Origin: Flectonema sp. DT1601
Lineage: Eukaryota
Direction: 5' to 3'
Assembly (NCBI GenBank): GCA_964019425.1
Contig: OZ025780.1
Location: 372,001-436,000 of the forward strand
DNA: 64,000 nt
Below, piece by piece: positions 54,014 to 64,000 of the stretch. The first letter of the stretch is position 1. Each line of letters starts with the position of its first letter. Below the pieces are notes generated by a model, which searched no databases, had not been told where the DNA came from, and was given only the letters and a program-made list of their open reading frames with translations. Made by a program: the position numbers and the translations under genes.

Positions 54014-57000
54014 TTAGACCTCCGCTTCATCTCTGTTCTTCATTTCATACTCGGGATCAACAGTACCCTCGTCGTCCTCCTTCGCAAACCACTTTGGAGC
54101 ACACTTGGCAAGCAACGGCCTCATGCTGAGGAACTCCCTTTCCGGTCCAAAGAACGACATGAGGGGTAAGAAGAACAACATCGACCACAAGTACGAAAAT
54201 AGAATCGTGAAGAGGAAGATGACACCAAACTTATAAAAGAACTGCACCCAGGTACACACTAATATCAGGGATGCTCCAATTGAAGTCGCAGCCCCACCGA
54301 GCACTGTAGGACCCATGTCAGAAACAACTTCGTGCACCCTACGCTGACGTTCTGTTGGTCCCTCCCCGTTCGCCGTGTGAACCTGAACGTGTCCGTAATG
54401 AACAGCAAAGTGAACCACGTAGTCGACAGACAACCCGACTAATATAGTGATACTTACTGATTCAACCATTCCCAATTCCCATCCTAGTAAGTAAGTCATT
54501 CCTAATGTGCAACCCACAACACCACAGAGTTCCAACAGGACAAACAACGCAATGAGCACGTTGAACGACGCGAGGAATATGATGAACGTTGCAAGCCCCA
54601 AACTCACTAACGTCCCCATAATCGCCCCGCTGACTAACAAGTACTGCGTACGCATCCGAACCCACATCTCCGACGAATGCAGGATTCGTCCCGACCACGC
54701 TGCCGCAGCAGTCGGGTTGCTTCGAGAGTACGGATACTGCATGGCCTTCACTCCGTCCATGTAATCCTCCCACGCTCCAAACCACTTGGTGATGTCACTG
54801 TACGCATTGCCGAACTGTTTCAGAGTGGTATTGAACTCCAGCATCACAGTCTCGATACCAGTCGGATCCTTGTCATTCCCGTTCTCGAATTTGAACAGCA
54901 CTTTGTCGTAGAATCGCTGGTGCGGCGCAAGCTTCAACTTGTTCGTCGACTGCGTCTTCATGAAATCCCACAACGTCGTCAAGAAGTTAGCCTGCACCAC
55001 AGGGAACACTCCTCCCGACCCCTCAACGTGCTCTTTCAGGCCCCGCATAATGCAATTCTGGTCACCGAGACCCTTTCGGGGATCCGGAAGAGCGTCCACC
55101 ATTCTCCTCTGCAACAGTGCCCCGTTCGTCGCCGACGTCTCTAGAATGTGGTCGCAGAGACCCAACGTGAACTGTTGGAACTCCTCCGATGACAAGTCGC
55201 TCTGCTTACTCATCCACTGAGAATAAACAGCCTTCCCCCTGTCACCAGAAGCATATTTGTCGGTACCTGATCGATCAATCGGATCGTGTACATTAGTTCC
55301 GAAAACAACCTGAACACTTTGAACGAAGTCGGTGTCAGTGGCCACGAAGTCATCTCTTGACGAATCCATGTACTTCTGCAGCGGGTGCCAATCAGGAAGC
55401 CACTGCTCACTCTTGCTAGTGTAGTCCAACTTGAAGGCGTGAATCACCAATACTATCCACACTCCAACTAATATTATCCCAGGGATGATCCTCACATACC
55501 AATACTTTCCAATCCCGCCAGTCCCAGACAGAAACGGTGCCACGTGCGCCACCATAAAATTAGACGATGCCGACGAGTGTCCTTCGATCTCCACACGTCT
55601 GTCTCGTGCAGCAGCCAACGCGTTCATTGCCGCATCAAACAACAACAAACCGATAATGATGATCGTACTGTATAAAAACACCCTACTGTATCCAGTAGTG
55701 TGGTCACTCTGTAGGATCGAAAACCCAGTAATGTACATGACCAACGCCATCACGAGGAGAATTAATCCAACGATCCGCGAGATCTTGTACGTCGGGTCTG
55801 ACGCAACAGCTTCATGCAGTTTCTCTTTGTAATCAGACGACACAGAAGCAGTCTCATGTTGTGCCGTCTGCTCTTGGTTGAGGGTCGTTCCTAACTTCTC
55901 ACGGGCCTCTTCGATACTTTCGAAGGTACGGGGTTCAACCAACAGAGTTTCCATGCATTCGATCTTTGGACGTTCAGGAACTACGAATTCACCGTTGTTC
56001 TTACCGTTCGAACTTGAGCTACCTCTGCTCCCGTCATCAGGAGCAACATGTGTGATGACAGTGTTCTCATCTCCATTTAATAAAGTCGAGTAACAAGTAC
56101 AACAGTTACACCACGCTCCCGCTAGGGTATTTCCACAACAACAACATCCGATCGTGTGTTCGTAGCTGCGGTGGTAGATCACAACAGCTGCCGCAAAGAA
56201 AGTCATCACCAACAAGTAATCGAAAAACACCAAAATAGCTGCAAACAATCCGAACAACTTAATCTCCAAAAGAGGGGTCGTCATCGTCGCGATGAATGCC
56301 GCCATTGTAGTCAACGAAGTGATCCCCATCGCGGTACCTGCGATCTTCCAAGCGTGTGACATTCTACCCCTCACGTAAGTACAGTTGTCAGGACGTGGAC
56401 GGACACCAGCCTGAGCCCAATTGTCCATGAAGACGAAGATATCGTCAGCACCGATCGCCAGAACGATGTACAGCGCAAGAGAAGAAAGTCCGTAGAACCC
56501 CTTGATCTGGAACACCACTCGGTAAACGAAGTATCCCATCGAAAACGGCATGATAACCTGAATCATACCAAGTGATGCTAAGAAGAACGAACCAGTGTGG
56601 ATCTGAAGGTAAAGATACACGAACACGAATGATAACACCGCCAACAATGCATCCCTCGCTAGAATCTCCAGGAATCGGTCGAACAGCACACCGCTGGCAA
56701 AGAAGTACAGGTCGGTATCAGGACCACTCCGACCTTCAAAATACGACGTGAAATCCTTCGCCCACTTCGAAAAGTCACCAACCTGATCCTCGTTGGTGTC
56801 GCCTTCCAGCAATGCGCTCACGTAATTGTACTGCATCGGTTGGCACCCAGTACTGTTCATTGTGATCCCAGCGTATACAGTCCACCCACACCCTTCTACC
56901 CCTTCACAGGTTACCTGAGTGCTCTGTTGCTGGCACTTCGTCGACTGGTACGTAGATGGGTTAATACGCTCCCTCGGACCACCGAAGTCGATCTTCGTCC

Positions 57001-57961
57001 TGGTAGCCTTGCAAGTTTCCGGCTTCGGCGCCATTCCGTACGTCTTGTCGAAGAAAATGTTCAGCCACATTGTTTCGTTCCTAGCCCGTGCAGCATACGC
57101 CACGTACGCATTGATCTGTTGCTGTGTCGGTTCCACTCCACCTTTCTCCATGTCCTCAGCATTCTGAGCTGCAGTCTTCCCGTTCGCCAGCTGACTGAGG
57201 TAAACTGAAATCCCGTTTGCAACACACCAAGCATAGTTGCTGGCGAGATCACACTCAGCGTAGAACGTATCGCCGTTACTCTGCAACACGGGAACGTTCA
57301 CTGCTAACCTCGTGTTGTAGAAAAGGTACGCCAACGACGTCGGAGGCGAGCAGATCATCTTCGACCCACCCACCATCGGCGCGTCCTTCGTGTAATCCCA
57401 ATTCGTTCTATACCACGGGCAATCCTTACCAGGACACGTAGCAGTAGATGGAAACCATTGCACCAGGCATTGGTTGCTAAACTCTGGATCGTTCAGTAAC
57501 CGGTCCTCAGTCTCCTTCATGAACTGCGCATTTGCCAACGTGAAAACATCATCGTTGTCGTTGTTGTAAATGAAATAGTACGAAGACAGTTCCTCAGTTC
57601 TAATGAGTTCTCGAGGTGTGTCTGGTTCGTTTATTCCATTCGGCTGTTCTTCGATCGTCTCCCTCATTTTGTGAACCGAATCACGTCTCTCAGTTCTCCA
57701 GTCGTTGCGATCAGCCATTTCTTGGTTAGAAATCTTGATACCAACAACAACAAACCCAATGATGGTCAGTACTAAGAATATTATGAAGCAACTTCCAATC
57801 CATACTTTCGGGTAGTCAACAATCGAGTTCACAATTCGAAGTTCTTTCTCGAGGATCTGTTCGTCAGTCATCCCAGTCTTCACTGATCGATGCCTTCCTG
57901 GACGTTTCCTCTTTGGGGTCACTGGGGGACTGTTCCCACCAGTCTGGTGATTCAACTCCAT
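54014..57961 (-). CDS. Patched/Dispatched-like RND transporter with sterol-sensing domain, copy 1
   Basis: 1315 aa with two TM halves and large lumenal loops. GxxxD(D) motifs LAIGADDIFV and VGLSVDYVVH. Confidence 0.9.
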   Translation of the reverse strand: MELNHQTGGNSPPVTPKRKRPGRHRSVKTGMTDEQILEKELRIVNSIVDYPKVWIGSCFIIFLVLTIIGFVVVGIKISNQEMADRNDWRTERRDSVHKMRETIEEQPNGINEPDTPRELIRTEELSSYYFIYNNDNDDVFTLANAQFMKETEDRLLNDPEFSNQCLVQWFPSTATCPGKDCPWYRTNWDYTKDAPMVGGSKMICSPPTSLAYLFYNTRLAVNVPVLQSNGDTFYAECDLASNYAWCVANGISVYLSQLANGKTAAQNAEDMEKGGVEPTQQQINAYVAYAARARNETMWLNIFFDKTYGMAPKPETCKATRTKIDFGGPRERINPSTYQSTKCQQQSTQVTCEGVEGCGWTVYAGITMNSTGCQPMQYNYVSALLEGDTNEDQVGDFSKWAKDFTSYFEGRSGPDTDLYFFASGVLFDRFLEILARDALLAVLSFVFVYLYLQIHTGSFFLASLGMIQVIMPFSMGYFVYRVVFQIKGFYGLSSLALYIVLAIGADDIFVFMDNWAQAGVRPRPDNCTYVRGRMSHAWKIAGTAMGITSLTTMAAFIATMTTPLLEIKLFGLFAAILVFFDYLLVMTFFAAAVVIYHRSYEHTIGCCCCGNTLAGAWCNCCTCYSTLLNGDENTVITHVAPDDGSRGSSSSNGKNNGEFVVPERPKIECMETLLVEPRTFESIEEAREKLGTTLNQEQTAQHETASVSSDYKEKLHEAVASDPTYKISRIVGLILLVMALVMYITGFSILQSDHTTGYSRVFLYSTIIIIGLLLFDAAMNALAAARDRRVEIEGHSSASSNFMVAHVAPFLSGTGGIGKYWYVRIIPGIILVGVWIVLVIHAFKLDYTSKSEQWLPDWHPLQKYMDSSRDDFVATDTDFVQSVQVVFGTNVHDPIDRSGTDKYASGDRGKAVYSQWMSKQSDLSSEEFQQFTLGLCDHILETSATNGALLQRRMVDALPDPRKGLGDQNCIMRGLKEHVEGSGGVFPVVQANFLTTLWDFMKTQSTNKLKLAPHQRFYDKVLFKFENGNDKDPTGIETVMLEFNTTLKQFGNAYSDITKWFGAWEDYMDGVKAMQYPYSRSNPTAAAAWSGRILHSSEMWVRMRTQYLLVSGAIMGTLVSLGLATFIIFLASFNVLIALFVLLELCGVVGCTLGMTYLLGWELGMVESVSITILVGLSVDYVVHFAVHYGHVQVHTANGEGPTERQRRVHEVVSDMGPTVLGGAATSIGASLILVCTWVQFFYKFGVIFLFTILFSYLWSMLFFLPLMSFFGPEREFLSMRPLLAKCAPKWFAKEDDEGTVDPEYEMKNRDEAEV

Positions 57962-60900
57962 TTCTGACCCCCCTTAATAAATTCTAATGAGGTGGAAATA
58001 TTAATAAGTTCGAATATTACGCTGAAGTCATCATTTTGGATGAAATGAATGTTTCTCTTCTGATGCCTGTGTTGACACAAACAAATAAAAGGAGAAGTGC
58101 CTATGCACAGCTAGTGATTAGTGGAATTACTTGAACACAACGGTAACAAAAGATGTCAGGTTGAAAATTCAAGACGAAAATATAAAAAGGAAGACAGACA
58201 GACGAAGGGTTTATAAAAAAAAAGATCCGAATGAATATCGGGAAAGGAAATTGTTTCAACTTTGTTTAACAAGAGTGGACAGCAAATGCGAAAATATAAA
58301 AAGAGAGAGCCGAAAGGTATCTTGCGATCAGCAAAACAACTCAACATGCCTACCAGAAGAATTGTTCACAAGTAATATTTCTATTAACGTGTGTGTAAAC
58401 AAAGCTTCACTAACAGAAACAGATTTATCAAAGTGGCGGTTTAAAACTACTTCTTAACAAAAACCGCACTTCCAATAAATGCTGACAAAAATATTTTAAA
58501 TAAAAGATAAAGATTATAACTTTAGTTGAGGTCATAACTTTTTGTAAGTTTTTAAGAAAGTAAAATTACAAACAAATTAGACTTTGAAACCAATCACAAA
58601 AAAAACACGCCTTTTGTAGGGAGAGAGTGAAAAGGGGGTTGAAACAACTCAGATCTCTGTTCCAGACGTTAGCTGGATCACCAGCATGCTGACAGAATCG
58701 TGTCGCACATGGAGAATACGTCTTTATCATTATTAAGGAAAATCAGTTTTTAATCTGAATAGTTTCTTCCCCGACTACGTTAGAACAGCAATCAAAAGTG
58801 AAAGAAAAAAAAAATGAAAACAGTAAATATATGTGATAAAATATTCAAAGTCCATAAAATAGAGGAAGGAATAAGAAGTTCAAAGGGAAGAACTCCTCAT
58901 TTGGACATTAAAGAGATAGATTTCAGTAGTTAGTATTTGGATTCAATTGAGTTGATTTAATTACTTTACATTTAAAGAGCATCACGACTATAGTTTCGCG
59001 TGAAGAACCACTCTAGCTCGTGTCGGAATTGCCTTCGATTGTTGATAGTACTGCAATGAGCTCAGAGATATAATTATATTTATGTAATTGGTTGTGGCGG
59101 AGATAGTGCGGACATAATATTTCTTGAAAATTAAAAGTACTCACACTACTGCATCTCTGTTCTTCATTTCATACTCGGGATCAACAGCACCCTCGTCGTC
59201 CTCCTTCGCAAACCACTTTGGAGCACACTTGGCAAGCAACGGCCTCATGCTGAGGAACTCCCTTTCCGGTCCAAAGAACGACATGAGGGGTAAGAAGAAC
59301 AACATCGACCACAAGTACGAAAATAGAATCGTGAAGAGGAAGATGACACCAAACTTATAAAAGAACTGCACCCAGGTACACACTAATATCAGGGATGCTC
59401 CAATTGAAGTCGCAGCCCCACCGAGCACTGTAGGACCCATGTCAGAAACAACTTCGTGCACCCTACGCTGACGTTCTGTTGGTCCCTCCTCGTTCGCCGT
59501 GTGAACCTGAACGTGTCCGTAATGAACAGCAAAGTGGACCACATAGTCGACAGACAACCCGACTAATATAGTGATACTTACTGATTCAACCATTCCCAAT
59601 TCCCATCCTAGTAAGTAAGTCATTCCTAATGTGCAACCCACAACACCACAGAGTTCCAACAGGACAAACAACGCAATGAGCACGTTGAACGACGCGAGGA
59701 ATATGATGAACGTCGCAAGCCCCAAACTCACTAACGTCCCCGTAATCGCCCCGCTGACTAACAAGTACTGCGTACGCATCCGAACCCACATCTCCGACGA
59801 ATGCAGGATTCGTCCCGACCACGCCGCCGCAGCAGTCGGGTTGCTTCGAGAGTACGGATACTGCATGGCCTTCACTCCGTCCATGTAATCCTCCCACGCT
59901 CCAAACCACTTGGTGATGTCACTGTACGCATTGCCGAACTGTTTCAGAGTGGTGTTGAACTCCAGCATCACAGTCTCGATACCAGTCGGATCCTTGTCAT
60001 TCCCGTTCTCGAATTTGAACAGCACTTTGTCGTAGAATTGCTGGTGCGGCGCAAGCTTCAACTTGTTCGTCGACTGCGTCTTCGTGAAATCCCACAACGT
60101 CGTCAAGAAGTTAGCCTGCACCACAGGGAACACTCCTCCCGACCCCTCAACGTGCTCTTTCAGGCCCCGCATAATGCAATTCTGGTCACCGAGACCCTTT
60201 CGGGGATCCGGAAGAGCGTCCACCATTCTCCTCTGCAACAGTGCCCCGTTCGTCGCCGACGTCTCTAGAATGTGGTCGCAGAGACCCAACGTGAACTGTT
60301 GGAACTCCTCCGATGACAAGTCGCTCTGCTTACTCATCCACTGAGAATAAACAGCCTTCCCCCTGTCATTCTCAGCGTATTTGTCGGTACCTGATCGATC
60401 AATCGGATCGTGTACATCAGTTCCGAAAACAACCTGAACACTTTGAACGAAGTCGGTGTCAGTGGCCACGAAGTCATCTCTTGACGAATCCATGTACTTC
60501 TGCAGCGGGTGCCAATCAGGAAGCCACTGCTCACTCTTGCTAGTGTAGTCCAACTTGAAGGCGTGAATCACCAATACTATCCACACTCCAACTAATATTA
60601 TCCCAGGGATGATCCTCACATACCAATACTTTCCAATCCCGCCAGTCCCAGACAGAAACGGTGCCACGTGCGCCACCATGAAATTAGACGATGCCGACGA
60701 GTGTCCTTCGATCTCCACACGTCTGCCTCGTGCAGCAGCCAACGCGTTCATTGCCGCATCAAACAACAACAAACCGATAATGATGATCGTACTGTATAAA
60801 AACACCCTACTGTATCCAGTAGTGTGGTCACTCTGTAGGATCGAAAACCCAGTAATGTACATGACCAACGCCATCACGAGGAGAATTAATCCAACGATCC

Positions 60901-63900
60901 GCGAGATCTTGTACGTCGGGTCTGACGCAACAGCTTCATGCAGTTTCTCTTTGTAATCAGACGACACAGAAGCAGTCTCATGTTGTGCCGTCTGCTCGCG
61001 GTTGAGGGTCGTTCCTAACTTCTCACGGGCCTCTTCGATACTTTCGAAGGTGCGGGGTTCAACCAACAGAGTTTCCATGCATTCGATCTTTGGACGTTCA
61101 GGAACTACGAATTCACCGTTGTTCTTACCGTTCGAACTTGAGCTACCTCTGCTCCCGTCATCAGGAGCAACATGTGTGATGACAGTGTTCTCATCTCCAT
61201 TTAATAAAGTCGAGTAACAAGTACAACAGTTACACCACGCTCCCGCTAGGGTATTTCCACAACAACAACATCCGATCGTGTGTTCGTAGCTGCGGTGGTA
61301 GATCACAACAGCTGCCGCAAAGAAAGTCATCACCAACAAGTAATCGAAAAACACCAAAATAGCTGCAAACAATCCGAACAACTTAATCTCCAAAAGAGGG
61401 GTCGTCATCGTCGCGATGAATGCCGCCATTGTAGTCAACGAAGTGATCCCCATCGCGGTACCTGCGATCTTCCAAGCGTGTGACATTCTACCCCTCACGT
61501 AAGTACAGTTGTCAGGACGTGGACGGACACCAGCCTGAGCCCAATTGTCCATGAAGACGAAGATATCGTCAGCACCGATCGCCAGAACGATGTACAGCGC
61601 AAGAGAAGAAAGTCCGTAGAACCCCTTGATCTGGAACACCACTCGGTAAACGAAGTATCCCATCGAAAACGGCATGATAACCTGAATCATACCAAGTGAT
61701 GCTAAGAAGAACGAACCAGTGTGGATCTGAAGGTAAAGATACACGAACACGAATGATAACACCGCCAACAATGCATCCCTCGCTAGAATCTCCAGGAATC
61801 GGTCGAACAGCACACCGCTGGCAAAGAAGTACAGGTCGGTATCAGGACCACTCTGATCTTCAAAATACGACGTGAAATCCTTCGCCCACTTCGCAAAGTC
61901 TTCAATTTGATCATCGTTGATGTCGCCTTCCGGCAATGCGCTCACGTAATTGTACTGCATCGGTTGGCACCCAGTACTGTTCATTGTGATCCCAGCGTAT
62001 ACAGTCCACCCACACCCTTCTACCCCTTCACAGGTTACCTGAGTGCTCTGTTGCTGGCACTTCGTCGACTGGTACGTAGATGGGTTAATACGCTCCCTCG
62101 GACCACCGAAGTCGATCTTCGTCCTGGTAGCCTTGCAAGTTTCCGGCTTCGGCGCCATTCCGTACGTCTTGTCGAAGAAAATGTTCAGCCACATTGTTTC
62201 GTTCCTAGCCCGTGCAGCATACGCCACGTACGCATTGATCTGTTGCTGTGTCGGTTCCACTCCACCTTTCTCCATGTCCTCAGCATTCTGAGCTGCAGTC
62301 TTCCCGTTCACCAGCTGACTGAGGTAAACTGAAATCCCGTTTGCAACACACCAAGCATAGTTGCTGGCGAGATCACACTCAGCGTAGAACGTATCGCCGT
62401 TACTCTGCAACACGGGAACGTTCACTGCCAACCTCGTGTTGTAGAAAAGGTACGCCAACGACGTCGGGGGCGAGCAGATCATCTTCGACCCACCCACCAT
62501 CGGCGCGTCCTTCGTGTAATCCCAATTCGTTCTATACCACGGGCAATCCTTACCAGGACACGTAGCAGTAGATGGAAACCATTGCACCAGGCATTGGTTG
62601 CTAAACTCTGGATCGTTCAGTAACCGGTCCTCAGTCTCCTTCATGAACTGCGCATTTGCCAACGTGAAAACATCATCGTTGTCGTTGTTGTAAATGAAAT
62701 AGTACGAAGACAGTTCCTCAGTTCTAATGAGTTCTCGAGGTGTGTCTGGTTCGTTTATTCCATTCGGCTGTTCTTCGATCGTCTCCCTCATTTTGTGAAC
62801 CGAATCACGTCTCTCAGTTCTCCAGTCGTTGCGATCAGCCATTTCTTGGTTAGAAATCTTGATACCAACAACAACAAACCCAATGATGGTCAGTACTAAG
62901 AATATTATGAAGCAACTTCCAATCCATACTTTCGGGTAGTCAACAATCGAGTTCACAATTCGAAGTTCTTTCTCGAGGATCTGTTCGTCAGTCATCCCAG
63001 TCTTCACTGATCGATGCCTTCCTGGACGTTTCCTCTTTGGGGTCACTGGGGGACTGTTCCCACCAGTCTGGTGATTCAACTCCATTTCTGACCCCCCTTA
63101 ATAAATTCTAATGAGGTGGAAATATTAATAAGTTCGAATATTACGCTGAAGTCATCATTTTGGATGAAATGAATGTTTCTCTTCTGATGCCTGTGTTGAC
63201 ACAAACAAATAAAAGGAGAAGTGCCTATGCACAGCTAGTGATTAGTGGAATTACTTGAACACAACGGTAACAAAAGATGTCAGGTTGAAAATTCAAGACG
63301 AAAATATAAAAAGGAAGACAGACAGACGAAGGGTTTATAAAAAAAAAGATCCGAATGAATATCGGGAAAGGAAATTGTTTCAACGTGTTTTGTTTAACAA
63401 GAGTGGACAGCAAATGTGAAAATATAAAAAGAGAGAGCCGAAAGGTATCTTGCGATCAGCAAAACAACTCAACATACCTACTAGAAGAATTGTTCACAAG
63501 TAATATTTCTATTAACGTGTGTGTAAACAAAGCTTCACTAACAGAAACAGATTTATCAAAGCGGCGGTTTAAAACTACTTAACAAAAACCGCACTTCCAA
63601 TAAATGCTGACAAAAATATTTTAAATAAAAGATAAAGATTATAACTTTAGTTGAGGTCATAACTTTTTGTAAGTTTTTAAGAAAGTAAAATTACAAACAA
63701 ATTAGACTTTGAAACCAATCACAAGAAAAACACACCTTTTGTAGGGAGAGAGTGAAAAGGGGGAAAAGAAAAAAATTAAAACTACTCAGATCTGTTCCAG
63801 ACGTTAGCTGGATCACCAGCATGCTGACAGAATCGTGTCGCACATGGGGAATAAGTCTTTATCATTATTAAGGAAAATCAGTTTTTAATCTGAATAGTTT

Positions 63901-64000
63901 CTTCCCCGACTACGTTAGAACAGCAATCAAAAGAGTGAAAGAAAAAAAATATTCAAAGTCCATAAAATAGAGGAAGGAATAAGAAGTTCAAAGGGAAGAA
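54027..64000. repeat. Tandem segmental duplication, offset 5124 bp (54027-58891 vs 59151-64000)
   Basis: The CDS and ~0.9 kb of 5' flank are both near-identical, and the match continues to the window end. Confidence 0.95.
59141..63085 (-). CDS. Patched/Dispatched-like RND transporter with sterol-sensing domain, copy 2
   Basis: 1314 aa, near-identical to copy 1. Confidence 0.9.
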   Translation of the reverse strand: MELNHQTGGNSPPVTPKRKRPGRHRSVKTGMTDEQILEKELRIVNSIVDYPKVWIGSCFIIFLVLTIIGFVVVGIKISNQEMADRNDWRTERRDSVHKMRETIEEQPNGINEPDTPRELIRTEELSSYYFIYNNDNDDVFTLANAQFMKETEDRLLNDPEFSNQCLVQWFPSTATCPGKDCPWYRTNWDYTKDAPMVGGSKMICSPPTSLAYLFYNTRLAVNVPVLQSNGDTFYAECDLASNYAWCVANGISVYLSQLVNGKTAAQNAEDMEKGGVEPTQQQINAYVAYAARARNETMWLNIFFDKTYGMAPKPETCKATRTKIDFGGPRERINPSTYQSTKCQQQSTQVTCEGVEGCGWTVYAGITMNSTGCQPMQYNYVSALPEGDINDDQIEDFAKWAKDFTSYFEDQSGPDTDLYFFASGVLFDRFLEILARDALLAVLSFVFVYLYLQIHTGSFFLASLGMIQVIMPFSMGYFVYRVVFQIKGFYGLSSLALYIVLAIGADDIFVFMDNWAQAGVRPRPDNCTYVRGRMSHAWKIAGTAMGITSLTTMAAFIATMTTPLLEIKLFGLFAAILVFFDYLLVMTFFAAAVVIYHRSYEHTIGCCCCGNTLAGAWCNCCTCYSTLLNGDENTVITHVAPDDGSRGSSSSNGKNNGEFVVPERPKIECMETLLVEPRTFESIEEAREKLGTTLNREQTAQHETASVSSDYKEKLHEAVASDPTYKISRIVGLILLVMALVMYITGFSILQSDHTTGYSRVFLYSTIIIIGLLLFDAAMNALAAARGRRVEIEGHSSASSNFMVAHVAPFLSGTGGIGKYWYVRIIPGIILVGVWIVLVIHAFKLDYTSKSEQWLPDWHPLQKYMDSSRDDFVATDTDFVQSVQVVFGTDVHDPIDRSGTDKYAENDRGKAVYSQWMSKQSDLSSEEFQQFTLGLCDHILETSATNGALLQRRMVDALPDPRKGLGDQNCIMRGLKEHVEGSGGVFPVVQANFLTTLWDFTKTQSTNKLKLAPHQQFYDKVLFKFENGNDKDPTGIETVMLEFNTTLKQFGNAYSDITKWFGAWEDYMDGVKAMQYPYSRSNPTAAAAWSGRILHSSEMWVRMRTQYLLVSGAITGTLVSLGLATFIIFLASFNVLIALFVLLELCGVVGCTLGMTYLLGWELGMVESVSITILVGLSVDYVVHFAVHYGHVQVHTANEEGPTERQRRVHEVVSDMGPTVLGGAATSIGASLILVCTWVQFFYKFGVIFLFTILFSYLWSMLFFLPLMSFFGPEREFLSMRPLLAKCAPKWFAKEDDEGAVDPEYEMKNRDAVV

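Noticed and set aside
54462..62565. Plus-strand and alternative-frame ORFs inside the Patched-like genes
   Set aside because: They are shadows of a GC-richer CDS and have no motifs of their own.

Overview
Eukaryotic nuclear DNA with A/T-homopolymer-rich intergenic regions, most likely from a euglenozoan and probably a diplonemid (inference). All 19 supportable protein genes lie on the minus strand, as expected for polycistronic transcription with trans-splicing, but several also carry short GT-AG cis-introns. From left to right the genes are: a truncated GH27 alpha-galactosidase, a ubiquitin-like + LRR protein, a SNF1/BRSK-type kinase, a probable 5-exon ADP-ribosyltransferase-ankyrin-Ig-PH protein, a SAXO/STOP-repeat microtubule protein, a VP39-type cap 2'-O-methyltransferase with a long Q/W-rich N-terminus, a 2116-aa beta-barrel repeat protein, Tctex-1, a PPEF-like phosphatase, a WW protein, a GT61 glycosyltransferase, a secreted unknown, SAM-kinesin-13, an unknown, mitochondrial EF-Tu, a divergent Hsp70, and a tandem pair of Patched/Dispatched-like RND proteins. 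Three non-coding regions stand out. The first is a 1.4-kb array of constant blocks separated by different hairpin spacers (50.4-51.8 kb, candidate guide/snoRNA array). The second is a ~225-nt stem-closed structured RNA containing an SSU-rRNA-like segment (4.2-4.4 kb). The third is a frameshifted RNase H-like relic (~29.2-29.5 kb). All calls come from reading the sequence by eye; no searches were run.
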